In this document: positions 1-8,815 of the stretch, one piece after another
Position numbering within the stretch: position 1 is the stretch's first letter
Layout of the letters: each line of letters begins with the position of its first letter
Source: a bacterium
GTDB lineage: Bacteria; Patescibacteriota; Dojkabacteria; B142; OLB20
Length of the DNA: 49,470 nucleotides
Direction of reading: 5' to 3'
NCBI GenBank assembly: GCA_029567095.1
Contig: JAKQLP010000051.1
Coordinates: 1 to 49,470 of the forward strand
The notes under the pieces: generated by a model
The model's database searches: none
What the model was told of the DNA's origin: nothing
The model's input: the letters and a program-made list of their open reading frames with translations, nothing else
Made by a program: the position numbers and the translations under genes

Positions 1-504
1 TGAATCAATATCAAGTCTATTTGTAACAATTTCAGAGATTTTGGGGATCAATACTCTTCTTACAAAATCTTTTGCAGTATCTAAACCTTGGTCTAAAAAA
101 ATTGCCCCTAACAAAGCTTCAAATGTATTTGCAAGAATATACGGCCTTTGCCTTCCCCCTGTCCTTTCTTCACCTTTACTAAGGTATAAATAATCTCCTA
201 ACTTTAATAATTGAGCTGTTTCAGCTAGGCTGCTGGTCCTAACAGTTGCTGCTCTGAAGCTCGTCAGCTCTCCTTCTTTAAAATCAGGATAGGTATGAAA
301 AAGGAATTCTGTAATTATTAATTCTAAAACAGCATCCCCCAAATATTCCAGCCTCTCATTATGGGCCATATTATCTTTATTTTGGATTTCATTAAGATAT
401 GATCTATGAATAAGCGCATTCTTTAATAGCTCTAAATCGTTGAAATGAACTTGAAGCTTTTCCTGTAGATCTTTCAGTGCATTAATTTCAGACTCATTCA
501 TCAT
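1..504 (-). CDS. rnc: Ribonuclease III, N-terminal part (3' end of the gene lies beyond the left edge of the window)
   Basis: My own minus-strand translation from ATG 504/501 gives MNESEINALKDLQEKL...HNERLEYLGDAVLELIITEFLF...RQRPYILANTFEALLGAIFLDQG. This contains the RNase III signature and catalytic domain. It is absent from the ORF track because no stop codon falls inside the window. The dsRBD is not in the window. Confidence 0.85.
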   Translation of the reverse strand, partial: MMNESEINALKDLQEKLQVHFNDLELLKNALIHRSYLNEIQNKDNMAHNERLEYLGDAVLELIITEFLFHTYPDFKEGELTSFRAATVRTSSLAETAQLLKLGDYLYLSKGEERTGGRQRPYILANTFEALLGAIFLDQGLDTAKDFVRRVLIPKISEIVTNRLDIDS

Positions 505-952
505 TATTCTTTAAATACATATTTTGATTTAAGTATAGATTCCCAAGTACGCCACTTACAAATTTTCTTGTCTGTTCATTACTAAATTCTTTTGATAATT
601 CTATCGCTTCGTTTATAACGACCTTTGGTGGGGTAATTTTTAAAATAAATCCTTCCAGGATAGCTAGGCGTAGTATTATTAAGTCTACAGTGGCAATTTT
701 TGCGATTGGCCACTCTGGAGCCAATTTCTCAATTATTTTATCTATTGATTCTTTATTCTGTTCAAAGTTCTTAATCAAGGAATCTTTTAATTCCCTATTG
801 TAATTGCTCTCTTCATCAATCTCAGAAACTACTTGATGGCTGAACTGATCAGCTCCTTGTTTAAGTTGATGCTTTTCTTTAAATTCTTCCTGAAACAACA
901 ATTGCAGGGATAAAACCCTGGCATTATGTCTTGGATCAGCTTTTTCTTGCAT
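494..952 (-). CDS. nusB: Transcription antitermination factor NusB
   Basis: NusB-like pattern: PRHNARVLSLQLLFQ, DLIILRLAILE, VVINEAIELSKEF, KFVSGVLG. The track ORF starts at 1006, but that N-terminus overlaps the rpmF coding frame. The ATG at 952 (MQEKADPRH) lies 2 nt after the rpmF stop and is the more likely start. Confidence 0.8.
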   Translation of the reverse strand: MQEKADPRHNARVLSLQLLFQEEFKEKHQLKQGADQFSHQVVSEIDEESNYNRELKDSLIKNFEQNKESIDKIIEKLAPEWPIAKIATVDLIILRLAILEGFILKITPPKVVINEAIELSKEFSNEQTRKFVSGVLGNLYLNQNMYLKNNDE

Positions 953-954
953 CT

Positions 955-1134
955 TTAGGATACTTTTATTACTTGTGTACCTTTGTATGTACCACAATTT
1001 GGACATACTGCATGAGCAGGTTTGCTCTTTTTACAGTTTGGGCAAACTGAAAGACCTGATACCTTTAAAGCATCATGAGATCTGCGATTATTCTTTCTTT
1101 GTTTTGATATTTTCCTCTTAGGTAGTGCTCCCAT
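955..1134 (-). CDS. rpmF: 50S ribosomal protein L32
   Basis: 59-codon frame below the ORF-track length cutoff: MGALPKRKISKQRKNNRRSHDALKVSGLSVCPNCKKSKPAHAVCPNCGTYKGTQVIKVS. It has the typical L32 N-terminus (PKRK.S..R...RR.H) and a CxxC...CxxC zinc ribbon. Confidence 0.85.
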   Translation of the reverse strand: MGALPKRKISKQRKNNRRSHDALKVSGLSVCPNCKKSKPAHAVCPNCGTYKGTQVIKVS

Positions 1135-1163
1135 TTTTATTTAAATATTAACTTCGAATAATG

Positions 1164-1185
1164 GCCTATTTTAACATAAATAGGC
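1164..1185 (-). promoter_or_regulatory. 8-bp inverted repeat (GCCTATTT-6 nt-AAATAGGC) between the rsmD stop and the rpmF start
   Basis: Read directly from the sequence. No U-run follows on the minus strand, so it is not a canonical intrinsic terminator. It may be an RNA processing or stability element, or nothing. Confidence 0.2.
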
Positions 1186-1201
1186 TTAATAATATAGTGA
1201 T

Positions 1202-1750
1202 TTAGGCTTTTGTAGCCTTAGTAACAAAGGCAACTTGAGATATGCCATATTTTTTTGTGTAGATTATTATGCCCTCTGAATCTTTAATTTTAATATTCTC
1301 ATGTGCAGGATAGCGAAATATCAATAATCCATTATTGTTCAGATGCTTTAATGCTAACCTTAATAATCGGATCTTGTTCTCAACTGGTATTGGGAAAGGT
1401 GGATCAAGCATAATGATATCGAATGTGGCTTTTGGGATTTTTAAATAGTTTAAAGCATCGGCTTTAATTACGTCTGCCTGAAGTTTTAAATTGCATTTAT
1501 CTAAATTAGTCCGTATACAACCCAAAGCCTCGGGATCGTTTTCAACAATTACAGCTTTTTTAGCACCTCGACTTAAAGCTTCTATTGCGAAATTGCCACT
1601 ACCGGCGAATAAATCTAATACATTAACGCCCTCAACGTATTCCTTAATTAAATCAAAAATTGATGTTTTGATTCTATCGGTAATTGGTTTTGCAGATTTT
1701 GGGACTAATAGCTTTTTTCCCTTAAATTTTCCAGCAATTACTCTAATCAT
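1202..1750 (-). CDS. rsmD: 16S rRNA (guanine966-N2)-methyltransferase RsmD-like
   Basis: MIRVIAGKFKGKKL..P....RPT.DRIK.SIFD N-terminus, the SAM motif LDLFAGSGNFAIEALSRGA and the DPPF motif are characteristic of the RsmD family. Confidence 0.8.
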   Translation of the reverse strand: MIRVIAGKFKGKKLLVPKSAKPITDRIKTSIFDLIKEYVEGVNVLDLFAGSGNFAIEALSRGAKKAVIVENDPEALGCIRTNLDKCNLKLQADVIKADALNYLKIPKATFDIIMLDPPFPIPVENKIRLLRLALKHLNNNGLLIFRYPAHENIKIKDSEGIIIYTKKYGISQVAFVTKATKA

Positions 1751-2217
1751 TGATAGTTTTGTTGACGAATATATTCATACGAAACAATCCCTACGGTGGT
1801 GGCCACATTAAGGGATTCCTTAATTCCCAGCATAGGTATCTGTAACACAGATTCTGCTTTCTCAATAATATCGGTACTTACTCCGTTAATTTCATTCCCA
1901 AATATTAATGCTGTGTTCTCAGGAAATTTGTATTTATATAGATCCTGTGCCTTTTCGGTCTTTTCAACCGCGATAATATTATACCCCTGCTCTTTTAAAT
2001 GTTGAATTGCTTCAGTTTTATTAGGCCAGTGTTTCCAGGCCACACTTTCAGTAGCGCCCAAAGCGGTTTTAGGTATCCTGGGATGTGGTGGATAAGGTGT
2101 AATACCACATAAAATTAATTCTTTTGCTCCAACAGCATCAGCAGTTCTAAAAATTGCACCTACATTCAAAGCAGATCTAATATCATCAAGTACGATCACT
2201 AGAGACGTTTTTTGCAT
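1747..2217 (-). CDS. SpoU/TrmH-family RNA 2'-O-methyltransferase (minimal, 156 aa)
   Basis: SPOUT motifs are present: LDDIRSALNVGAIFRTADAVG, ALIFGNEINGVS, IPMLGIKESLNVATTVGIVSYE. It overlaps rsmD by 4 nt. Confidence 0.75.
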   Translation of the reverse strand: MQKTSLVIVLDDIRSALNVGAIFRTADAVGAKELILCGITPYPPHPRIPKTALGATESVAWKHWPNKTEAIQHLKEQGYNIIAVEKTEKAQDLYKYKFPENTALIFGNEINGVSTDIIEKAESVLQIPMLGIKESLNVATTVGIVSYEYIRQQNYQ

Positions 2218-2224
2218 GATTAAT

Positions 2225-3025
2225 TTAAAAAAGGAACAATAATAAGGCTAACCCTATGATTATACGATATATTCCATAATATGAGAGTTTAATCTTGTCA
2301 CCCAATTTAAAAAGAATTATCAAGGCCAAATATGCACTTATGAAAGCAGAGATTATAGCTAAAAGCAAACTAAAATCTAGTGATATAGATAAATCTCCTT
2401 TAACAATATCAAGCATTTCTAGAAGAAATCCCCCTAAAATTGTTGGTATAGATAATAAAAACGTATATTTTTTTGCAGCCTCTTCTTTAAGCCCAATTAA
2501 AAGAGCCAGAGTGATCGTAATCCCACTTCGGCTAACGCCGCTGAACAAAGCTATCCCCTGCCCTAACCCGATTAATAATGCTTGAGTTTTAGATAGGTCT
2601 TCAAGTCCAGATTTATTGTTCCTGCTTCTGAGATCCGCCCATATTAAAAACCCACCGAATATTATTAAAAATATTAAAGCTGTTTGAGAAAAATCTTGAA
2701 TAGAATTAATCCAGTCTTTTAATAGTAGATAAATTGGGATTAAGGGCAAAAGTGAGATAATTACATTAACAACAAATTTCCTGGAATTGGCTATTTCCTT
2801 CTGGCTCCCCTTATTGATAAGACCGAGCAATACTTTCTTTAAATCTTTCCGGAAATATATTATTAATGCTGTTAATGAGGCGACATGGAGAATTATATCC
2901 AGTTGAAGCCGTTCTTCCCATTTAAAGATATAAGCGATTATACCCAAGTGTGCTGAACTGGAGATGGGTAAGAATTCTGTAAGTCCCTGCACTAGTCCAA
3001 GAATTATTGCTTGAAATGTATCCAT
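2225..3025 (-). CDS. uppP: Undecaprenyl-diphosphate phosphatase (BacA/UppP)
   Basis: LGLVQGLTEFLPISSSAHL N-terminal motif, GVSRSGITI motif and a polytopic hydrophobic profile. Confidence 0.85.
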   Translation of the reverse strand: MDTFQAIILGLVQGLTEFLPISSSAHLGIIAYIFKWEERLQLDIILHVASLTALIIYFRKDLKKVLLGLINKGSQKEIANSRKFVVNVIISLLPLIPIYLLLKDWINSIQDFSQTALIFLIIFGGFLIWADLRSRNNKSGLEDLSKTQALLIGLGQGIALFSGVSRSGITITLALLIGLKEEAAKKYTFLLSIPTILGGFLLEMLDIVKGDLSISLDFSLLLAIISAFISAYLALIILFKLGDKIKLSYYGIYRIIIGLALLLFLF

Positions 3026-5067
3026 TAATTTATTTGATAATTTAATATTTCTTGTGCTGCTTGCCTGACCAGGGCAAGAAATTCGGTATTCCCGAAATTA
3101 GCGATTTTTAGTTGAGGTATACCCGATTGGATCGTGCCATATACCTCCCCCGGTCCTCTTTGTTTTAGGTCAAATTCAGCAATTTTGATACCGGAATTTT
3201 CCTGGGAAAAAAATGTTAATCTTGATCGAATTTTCTCATTATCTAACATTGGAGTATATAGCAGGCACCATGATTTTTGATTTCGCCTCCCTACTCTACC
3301 CCGTAATTGATGTAATTGAGCTAACCCATAACGTTCAGCATTCTCAATTACTATAATATTTGCTCTGGGTATATCAATACCAACTTCTACAACAGTTGTT
3401 GAAACTAAAACATCTATTCTTCCTTCCTGAAAATCCTTGATGATGGCATCTTTTTCTTTGGCCTTAAGCTTGCCGTGTAAATATTCTATACGAAATTTTG
3501 GCCAAAGCTTTTTAAGTGCTTGGGTTTGATCTAATACTTTGATCGTGGAATCATCAGGCTCTTCTGTCTCTTCGATTAGAGGGCAGATCCAAAAGACTTG
3601 TCCTCCATTTTTGATTTGCTCGCTTATCCATTCCCAGGAAATCATTTTTTTGTCCTGTTCCACGATTCTTGTAACTGGATCTAATCTTCCTTGAGGTTTA
3701 TCAATGATCGAAACATCAATCTCCCCAAACAGAGTTAAGGCTACACTTCTAGGTATTGGGGTGGCAGTCATATGTAATAGATGAGGCTTACATTCTGGAG
3801 CTTTTAATTCCAGTAACTCTCTTCTTTGCTCGACTCCAAATCGATGCTGCTCATCAATCACTAATAGTCCTAAATTTTTAATATATTTCTCCTTATTGTA
3901 TAAGATCGCATGCGTTGCAATTATCAGATCTGCAGCATCGGAATTGTTTGATGGGGAATCTTCTGCAGTTATTAAGCTAATTTTATAGTGCTCTTTGAAT
4001 ATTGTTAAAGCATTTTGGTAATGCTGTTTAGCTAAGACTGAGGTGGGTGCAAGTATTACGCATTGATATCCACTTTCCATAATAGGTACGGCTGCTAATA
4101 GTGCAACGATGGTTTTCCCACTACCCACATCTCCCTGAAGTAGCCTATACATTGGGCTTCCGTCAATCAAATCCTGATTAATCTCGCTAAGGGCTTTCAT
4201 CTGACTTTTGGTGAGCTCATAAGGGAATTCATTTTTAAAATACTCTTGCCTATCCCCTACTTTTGCAACATCCGGCGCTTTGGCGGCTGTTCGTTGTTGT
4301 TTCTCTTTAAAAAGTTTCAGATAAATCTCAGTTAGCTCCATAAAAGCCAGTTTTTTTCTCGCTTTCACAATATCATCTTCATTCTTGGGCATATGGATAC
4401 CTTGAAGTGCTTTCGGGGTCGAAATGAGCTGATACTTTTCTTCAATATCCTTTGGTAGGGTCTTTAAACCAGAAATATCCTCGAGCTTTTTAACTAAAAA
4501 CGCAAATCTAGTTCTTAGCCATTTTGCTGAAACGCCTTTTGTTAACGGATATATTGGTGCGATTCTTCCTAAATGAATATTTTCTTCCTTAACAACCTCA
4601 TACTCAGGGGAAATAATTATGGGCTTGGTACTTGCAACATCCAATTTCGCTGAGATCAGTACCTCCATCCCCTTTTTCAAAGATTTAGTTAAATAAGGTT
4701 GATTAAACCAGGTAACTTCACAACTTCCTGTATTATCAGACACAATCCCCTTTTGAATGAATTTCCCATTTTTGATCCTGATGTTTTTAATATCTTCAAT
4801 TGTGACTTTTACAGTTTGTTTAAAGTCTCTATTTAATTCAATTAGATTAACTGTTTTAGAAGTGTCTTTGTAATAAACGGGATAATATTCTAATAGATCC
4901 CCTACTGTTAAAATACCTAATTTACTTAGAAGTTGAGCCTGTTTGGGCCCAATAAACGGTATTGTTGTAACTGGATCTGTAGTGGTCAATTCAATTATTA
5001 CGCAATTACAGCAAGTAGCGGGACAAATACTATTGAAACAATGATTGTGATGGTTATAATCCACCAA
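3025..5067 (-). CDS. recG: ATP-dependent DNA helicase RecG (start codon uncertain, non-ATG)
   Basis: Wedge-domain N-terminus (IGPKQAQLLSKLGILTVGDLLEYYP), Walker A GDVGSGKT, DEQHRFGV and QLRGRVGR motifs. The track start at 5067 is TTG. The first in-frame ATG is about 130 codons in, so a non-ATG start is required. An internal TTG at the ELTTT position is an alternative. Confidence 0.85.
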   Translation of the reverse strand: MVDYNHHNHCFNSICPATCCNCVIIELTTTDPVTTIPFIGPKQAQLLSKLGILTVGDLLEYYPVYYKDTSKTVNLIELNRDFKQTVKVTIEDIKNIRIKNGKFIQKGIVSDNTGSCEVTWFNQPYLTKSLKKGMEVLISAKLDVASTKPIIISPEYEVVKEENIHLGRIAPIYPLTKGVSAKWLRTRFAFLVKKLEDISGLKTLPKDIEEKYQLISTPKALQGIHMPKNEDDIVKARKKLAFMELTEIYLKLFKEKQQRTAAKAPDVAKVGDRQEYFKNEFPYELTKSQMKALSEINQDLIDGSPMYRLLQGDVGSGKTIVALLAAVPIMESGYQCVILAPTSVLAKQHYQNALTIFKEHYKISLITAEDSPSNNSDAADLIIATHAILYNKEKYIKNLGLLVIDEQHRFGVEQRRELLELKAPECKPHLLHMTATPIPRSVALTLFGEIDVSIIDKPQGRLDPVTRIVEQDKKMISWEWISEQIKNGGQVFWICPLIEETEEPDDSTIKVLDQTQALKKLWPKFRIEYLHGKLKAKEKDAIIKDFQEGRIDVLVSTTVVEVGIDIPRANIIVIENAERYGLAQLHQLRGRVGRRNQKSWCLLYTPMLDNEKIRSRLTFFSQENSGIKIAEFDLKQRGPGEVYGTIQSGIPQLKIANFGNTEFLALVRQAAQEILNYQIN

Positions 5068-5119
5068 ATGAGTTTTTCTGTTTTAGAGCCTTTTTTTAGT
5101 AGTGACATGAGCAATATAA

Positions 5120-6352
5120 TTAAATTAATTTAATCCATTTTCTTTTCCCAGCCTTGATTAAGGATGCCTTCTCCAAGGAAATGGTTTTATTAGGATCGGT
5201 TTCTTTGATTCCATCTATTTCGACCGCTCCTTCCATTATTAATCGTTTGGCTTCACTATTACTATTTACTAGACCTGTTTTTACTAGTAGTTCTTTCAAT
5301 TGCAGTGTTTTTTCTAGATCCTGTTTTTTTACTTCTTGGATATCGTCTGGGACCTCCTTATCTTGAACGACTTTTTTGAATGTTTCCTGTGCATTTTTTG
5401 CTTCTTCTGCCCCATTGAACATTTCAACAACAAGATAAGCAAGTTCTTTCTTAACAGTCATAGGCTCGTTTTGGGCTCTAATTTTGGTCGCTTCCAGTTC
5501 TGTGTCACTCAAATCACTAAGAAGTTCAAAATAGTGCATGATTAAGTCGTCTGGAATTGCCATAATCTTTGCGTACTTCTCTTCAGCTGGATCGTTAATA
5601 AATATACAATTCCCAATACTCTTACTCATTTTATTTATCCCATCAGCTGAAAGCAGAAGTTTCATTGTGAGTACAAATTTTTCTTTATTCAACAGTGCTT
5701 TAGATAAGGTCCTTCCGGCAAGCATATTAAAGGTTTGGTCACTCCCTCCGAATTCCCCATCGACCTCCATTGCTACTGAATCATATCCTTGAATAAGAGG
5801 ATACAGGAATTCATGAAGGTAAACCGGTTTATTCTCATTAATTCTCTTTTCAAACATATCTCTTTCCAGCATTTGCTGAACAGTAAAATTACTGGCAAGC
5901 TCGATAACATCAGCAAAGCTTAGCTTATTATTCCATTCAGAATTAAATTTAATTAGTGGAGGATTAACAGGGTCGTCAAAATCGAACAATGCTTTAATTT
6001 GATCTATAAAAGCTTGCGAGTTTGTCTTTACTTCCTCATCAGTTAGTTTACGTCTTGCCGCGCTTTTATCAGTGGGATCTCCAATTTTCCCTGTAAAATC
6101 ACCAATTAAGAAAATTATCTGATGCCCCATTTTTTGGAGTTGGGCCATTTTTAGGTAAGGGATTATATGACCTATATGAAGCCTAGGAGCAGTCACGTCG
6201 GCACCCATATAGAATTTGAGTTGTTTACCACTCATTAATAATTGTCTAAAGGCCTCATTGCTGGGGAGTATAGTATCGATTTTCCTATCAAAAAATCTAT
6301 CTATAGCCTCCGCTGAGGTGTCAATGTCTGGTTTGTTCATACTAGTAATCAT
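5120..6352 (-). CDS. tyrS: Tyrosine--tRNA ligase
   Basis: Class I HIGH (LHIGHIIP) and KMSKS (NKMSKSIG) motifs, plus a C-terminal S4-like domain (SNSEAKRLIMEGAVEIDG) typical of TyrRS rather than TrpRS. Confidence 0.85.
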   Translation of the reverse strand: MITSMNKPDIDTSAEAIDRFFDRKIDTILPSNEAFRQLLMSGKQLKFYMGADVTAPRLHIGHIIPYLKMAQLQKMGHQIIFLIGDFTGKIGDPTDKSAARRKLTDEEVKTNSQAFIDQIKALFDFDDPVNPPLIKFNSEWNNKLSFADVIELASNFTVQQMLERDMFEKRINENKPVYLHEFLYPLIQGYDSVAMEVDGEFGGSDQTFNMLAGRTLSKALLNKEKFVLTMKLLLSADGINKMSKSIGNCIFINDPAEEKYAKIMAIPDDLIMHYFELLSDLSDTELEATKIRAQNEPMTVKKELAYLVVEMFNGAEEAKNAQETFKKVVQDKEVPDDIQEVKKQDLEKTLQLKELLVKTGLVNSNSEAKRLIMEGAVEIDGIKETDPNKTISLEKASLIKAGKRKWIKLI

Positions 6353-6405
6353 CTAATAGTTAATTATATCGTCTTTTGCAATAAAGATTTATTAAAAATT
6401 TCAAA

Positions 6406-7275
6406 TCAATGTTTTTTAATCTTCCTTATCAGGATAATGATGCTAATGAAGATTAAGGCTCCCCCAATTATAATACCTGCTTTGGTTATAATTTCATAAG
6501 GTATATACATAAAGGTAATGGTTGCGATCTTTTGATTTGCAGAATAGTCGCTATTAATTTTTACTTCAACCTTATATTCTCCTATTGCTTGTAAAGTTGA
6601 GTCTTCAAGGATATGCTCTATATCTAAACTGATTTCTTCTCCGGTAAAAAGTCTTTTATTGATTAGGTCAGTTAATTTCTGCTCAAATATGGGCTTTTCT
6701 TTGAAGTATATGGACATAGTACCATCCGGGATAAAGTACTTTTCGCCTTCATTTTTTATTGTAATAAGCAACTTTACAGTATTTGAAGTTGTAATATCAG
6801 GATTTGCTAATTGTGCGTCTAGTCCTAATTTGTAATCACCCTCCAGACTTTGAATTAAGAAAATTGCCTGGTCCTCAATTTTATAAACTAATTCAGTGGA
6901 ATTATCATCGCTGAGATATTTTACTGCTGGATAACTTGCAGCAAAGTCTTGGGAACTAAATTTTATCCGAATCTTATGGGTAAAAGTGGATCCGGATTCT
7001 ATTTGGATCTTGCTATCCATCATTTCCAGCACCTCTTTACCAGCATCCACGCTAGTAATTTCATTGTTTAGTCTATTTATCCTAACTTCTCGTGCTACTA
7101 AAGATATTGTCTTATCGCTGTTGTTTTTCAGCTCAATTTCAAAAGTCTTGCCTATATCCGTTTCTTTTACTAAGGTCTCCTTAGGGGTGATCTCAACAAC
7201 TTCAGCAGCTCTAATACTTAGAGGAGCAATTAAAAGAATTAGTCCCAGACATAACCTTAATAGTATTCGTTTCAT
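6406..7275 (-). CDS. Hypothetical secreted protein with C-terminal membrane anchor
   Basis: The ATG at 7275 gives a classical signal peptide, MKRILLRLCLGLILLIAPLSIRA/AE. The track start at 7365 is TTG. The body is beta-rich and the C-terminal TM is followed by a basic stop-transfer tail (IIIGGALIFISIIILIRKIKKH). No family recognised. Confidence 0.55.
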   Translation of the reverse strand: MKRILLRLCLGLILLIAPLSIRAAEVVEITPKETLVKETDIGKTFEIELKNNSDKTISLVAREVRINRLNNEITSVDAGKEVLEMMDSKIQIESGSTFTHKIRIKFSSQDFAASYPAVKYLSDDNSTELVYKIEDQAIFLIQSLEGDYKLGLDAQLANPDITTSNTVKLLITIKNEGEKYFIPDGTMSIYFKEKPIFEQKLTDLINKRLFTGEEISLDIEHILEDSTLQAIGEYKVEVKINSDYSANQKIATITFMYIPYEIITKAGIIIGGALIFISIIILIRKIKKH

Positions 7276-7426
7276 GGAGTCCTGATAACAAATAGGATAA
7301 CAACAAAAAGTAAGCAACGACAGCGCAATATGAACAATATTACCTATTTTCATACTATTAAGCAAGAGAAATTGTATTAATTTGTAAAATAAAGTAACAT
7401 ATAAAAGTTAATATTGTTTACAAACT

Positions 7427-8179
7427 ATGAAAATTAAGATTGAGAAGCCATCCAAGATCAATATCGGTGGATTTATAAAAAAGTTAAGGAAGAAGTTCTT
7501 TTTGACTCAAGATGAGGTAAGCAAGAAAATTGGAGTATCACGACCAACTTATAATAAAATTGAAGCAAATAAGGCGGATATCACCTTGGAACAGGCTAAG
7601 AGGCTGGCTGATTTTTTTAATGTAGGAATTATTGATCTACTGGCTACTCAAGATACTGCTAATAATAATATAAGATCTGCCCTAGTTGATTCTTTAGTAA
7701 GTGGCAAGATTGTGCTTGATGATTCTAAGTCTTTGCTCAAGCTTTCGGATCTAATACATTATATATATTATCGCTTAGTATCAGATCCTCAATTTATTGA
7801 TCCCTTCGTTCATAAGCTGGTGTTTTTGATGGAATATAAATATTTCAAATCCAACAATCTCCCTATGGTGCCCATTAGGTTCATTAAAAAGAATGGGTCC
7901 CCTATTATTAAAATGTATGACCAGGTTATAAGTGAGTTAATGGTTAATAACAGGTTAGAATTATTAAATATTAAAAATTACAAGTTCCCCGATCAAAAAT
8001 ATTTGCCTTTAAAAAATGTAAGTTTAAGAAATTTTTCTGCGAATGAACTAATTATGATTGATCAAATTATTGGCACTTATACTTTTGTGGGAATTGAAGG
8101 CATTATGGAGATGATCAATAAAGTTAATCCCCTATTACGTGCCGAAGAGGAGGGAGAAATTGTGCTCTATCCACATTAA
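7427..8179 (+). CDS. XRE-family HTH fused to a DUF4065/Panacea(SocA)-like domain
   Basis: N-terminus is HTH_3-like (LRKKFFLTQDEVSKKIGVSRPTYNKIEANKADITLEQAKRLADFFNV). The C-terminal part (HKLVFLMEYKYFKSNNLPMVPIRFIKKNGSPIIKMYDQVI) resembles the KL.KLLY...G.P....F....GPV..Y core of DUF4065. This is pattern recognition from memory, not a profile search. Confidence 0.5.
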   Translation: MKIKIEKPSKINIGGFIKKLRKKFFLTQDEVSKKIGVSRPTYNKIEANKADITLEQAKRLADFFNVGIIDLLATQDTANNNIRSALVDSLVSGKIVLDDSKSLLKLSDLIHYIYYRLVSDPQFIDPFVHKLVFLMEYKYFKSNNLPMVPIRFIKKNGSPIIKMYDQVISELMVNNRLELLNIKNYKFPDQKYLPLKNVSLRNFSANELIMIDQIIGTYTFVGIEGIMEMINKVNPLLRAEEEGEIVLYPH

Positions 8180-8191
8180 TTTACGGGATAG

Positions 8192-8815
8192 TTATTTTAG
8201 TGAGGAAGCTATAAGCTGGGCTCTTTCTAAAAATTCTCGACTTATATTAAAACTTGCTTCTATATCAAACCCTCTATCTAATTCTTTGATATCCTGAATT
8301 AGATTGAATTTTTCATAAAGCTTATTGTTAGCAAGAGTTATGCTTTCAGAAAGACTATTGCCTTCATTTTTATAATAATCGCTGATTAAATCAATTAATC
8401 CTGCTGGCTCTAGGAATTTATGACAATCGGCTATCTTGAATAACTTAGATTCGATGTGGTATTGTGCCCCTCCGTGATGTGTTTCAATTATTTCTAATAT
8501 GATATTCCCCTTATTATTTGAGATCTCTTTTTCTTTGATGAATTGCTTAGCAAACTCAATAGCTAAGGGGAGATGCGTTTTTAGATCTTTAGCTTTCCTG
8601 GCCTCGTAAATGAATAGATCGGCAATTATTGCTCCAATCCATAACGACCTGTGATCTACGATATTTAAAGATTCAAGCTCGATAAGTCTATTAAAAGTTA
8701 TATCATTTAGAGTTTTACTTGGGGCAGGTTTTGAATAAAGTAGTTTCAGTAAAGGCCCTATGAGTTCTTCTTTATGAAGTTTTTCTAAACTGCCCTTATT
8801 ATTTTGATCCTGCAT
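8192..8815 (-). CDS. Hypothetical protein, weakly HD-domain-like
   Basis: Helical protein with scattered H/D motifs (VDHRSLWIGAIIADL, IIETHHGG, KIADCHKF). The canonical HD dyad is not evident, so the assignment is tentative. Confidence 0.3.
   Translation of the reverse strand: MQDQNNKGSLEKLHKEELIGPLLKLLYSKPAPSKTLNDITFNRLIELESLNIVDHRSLWIGAIIADLFIYEARKAKDLKTHLPLAIEFAKQFIKEKEISNNKGNIILEIIETHHGGAQYHIESKLFKIADCHKFLEPAGLIDLISDYYKNEGNSLSESITLANNKLYEKFNLIQDIKELDRGFDIEASFNISREFLERAQLIASSLK

Noticed and set aside
1491-2585. Plus-strand track ORFs 1491-1811, 1796-2005 and 2295-2585. Similar antisense or out-of-frame ORFs occur elsewhere: 4933-5133, 5154-5792, 6986-7285, 9145-9432, 11795-11992, 15124-15348, 15880-16071, 17232-17426, 18396-18593, 22042-22260, 27640-27885, 30662-30997, 31661-31843, 32646-32831, 33717-34043, 34314-34556, 36384-36656, 37604-37822, 39801-40227, 40321-40866, 44899-45237, 48823-49395
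   Set aside because: Each lies entirely within, or mostly within, a well-supported gene on the opposite strand or in another frame. Each has low-complexity or hydrophobic nonsense-like sequence typical of AT-rich shadow frames.
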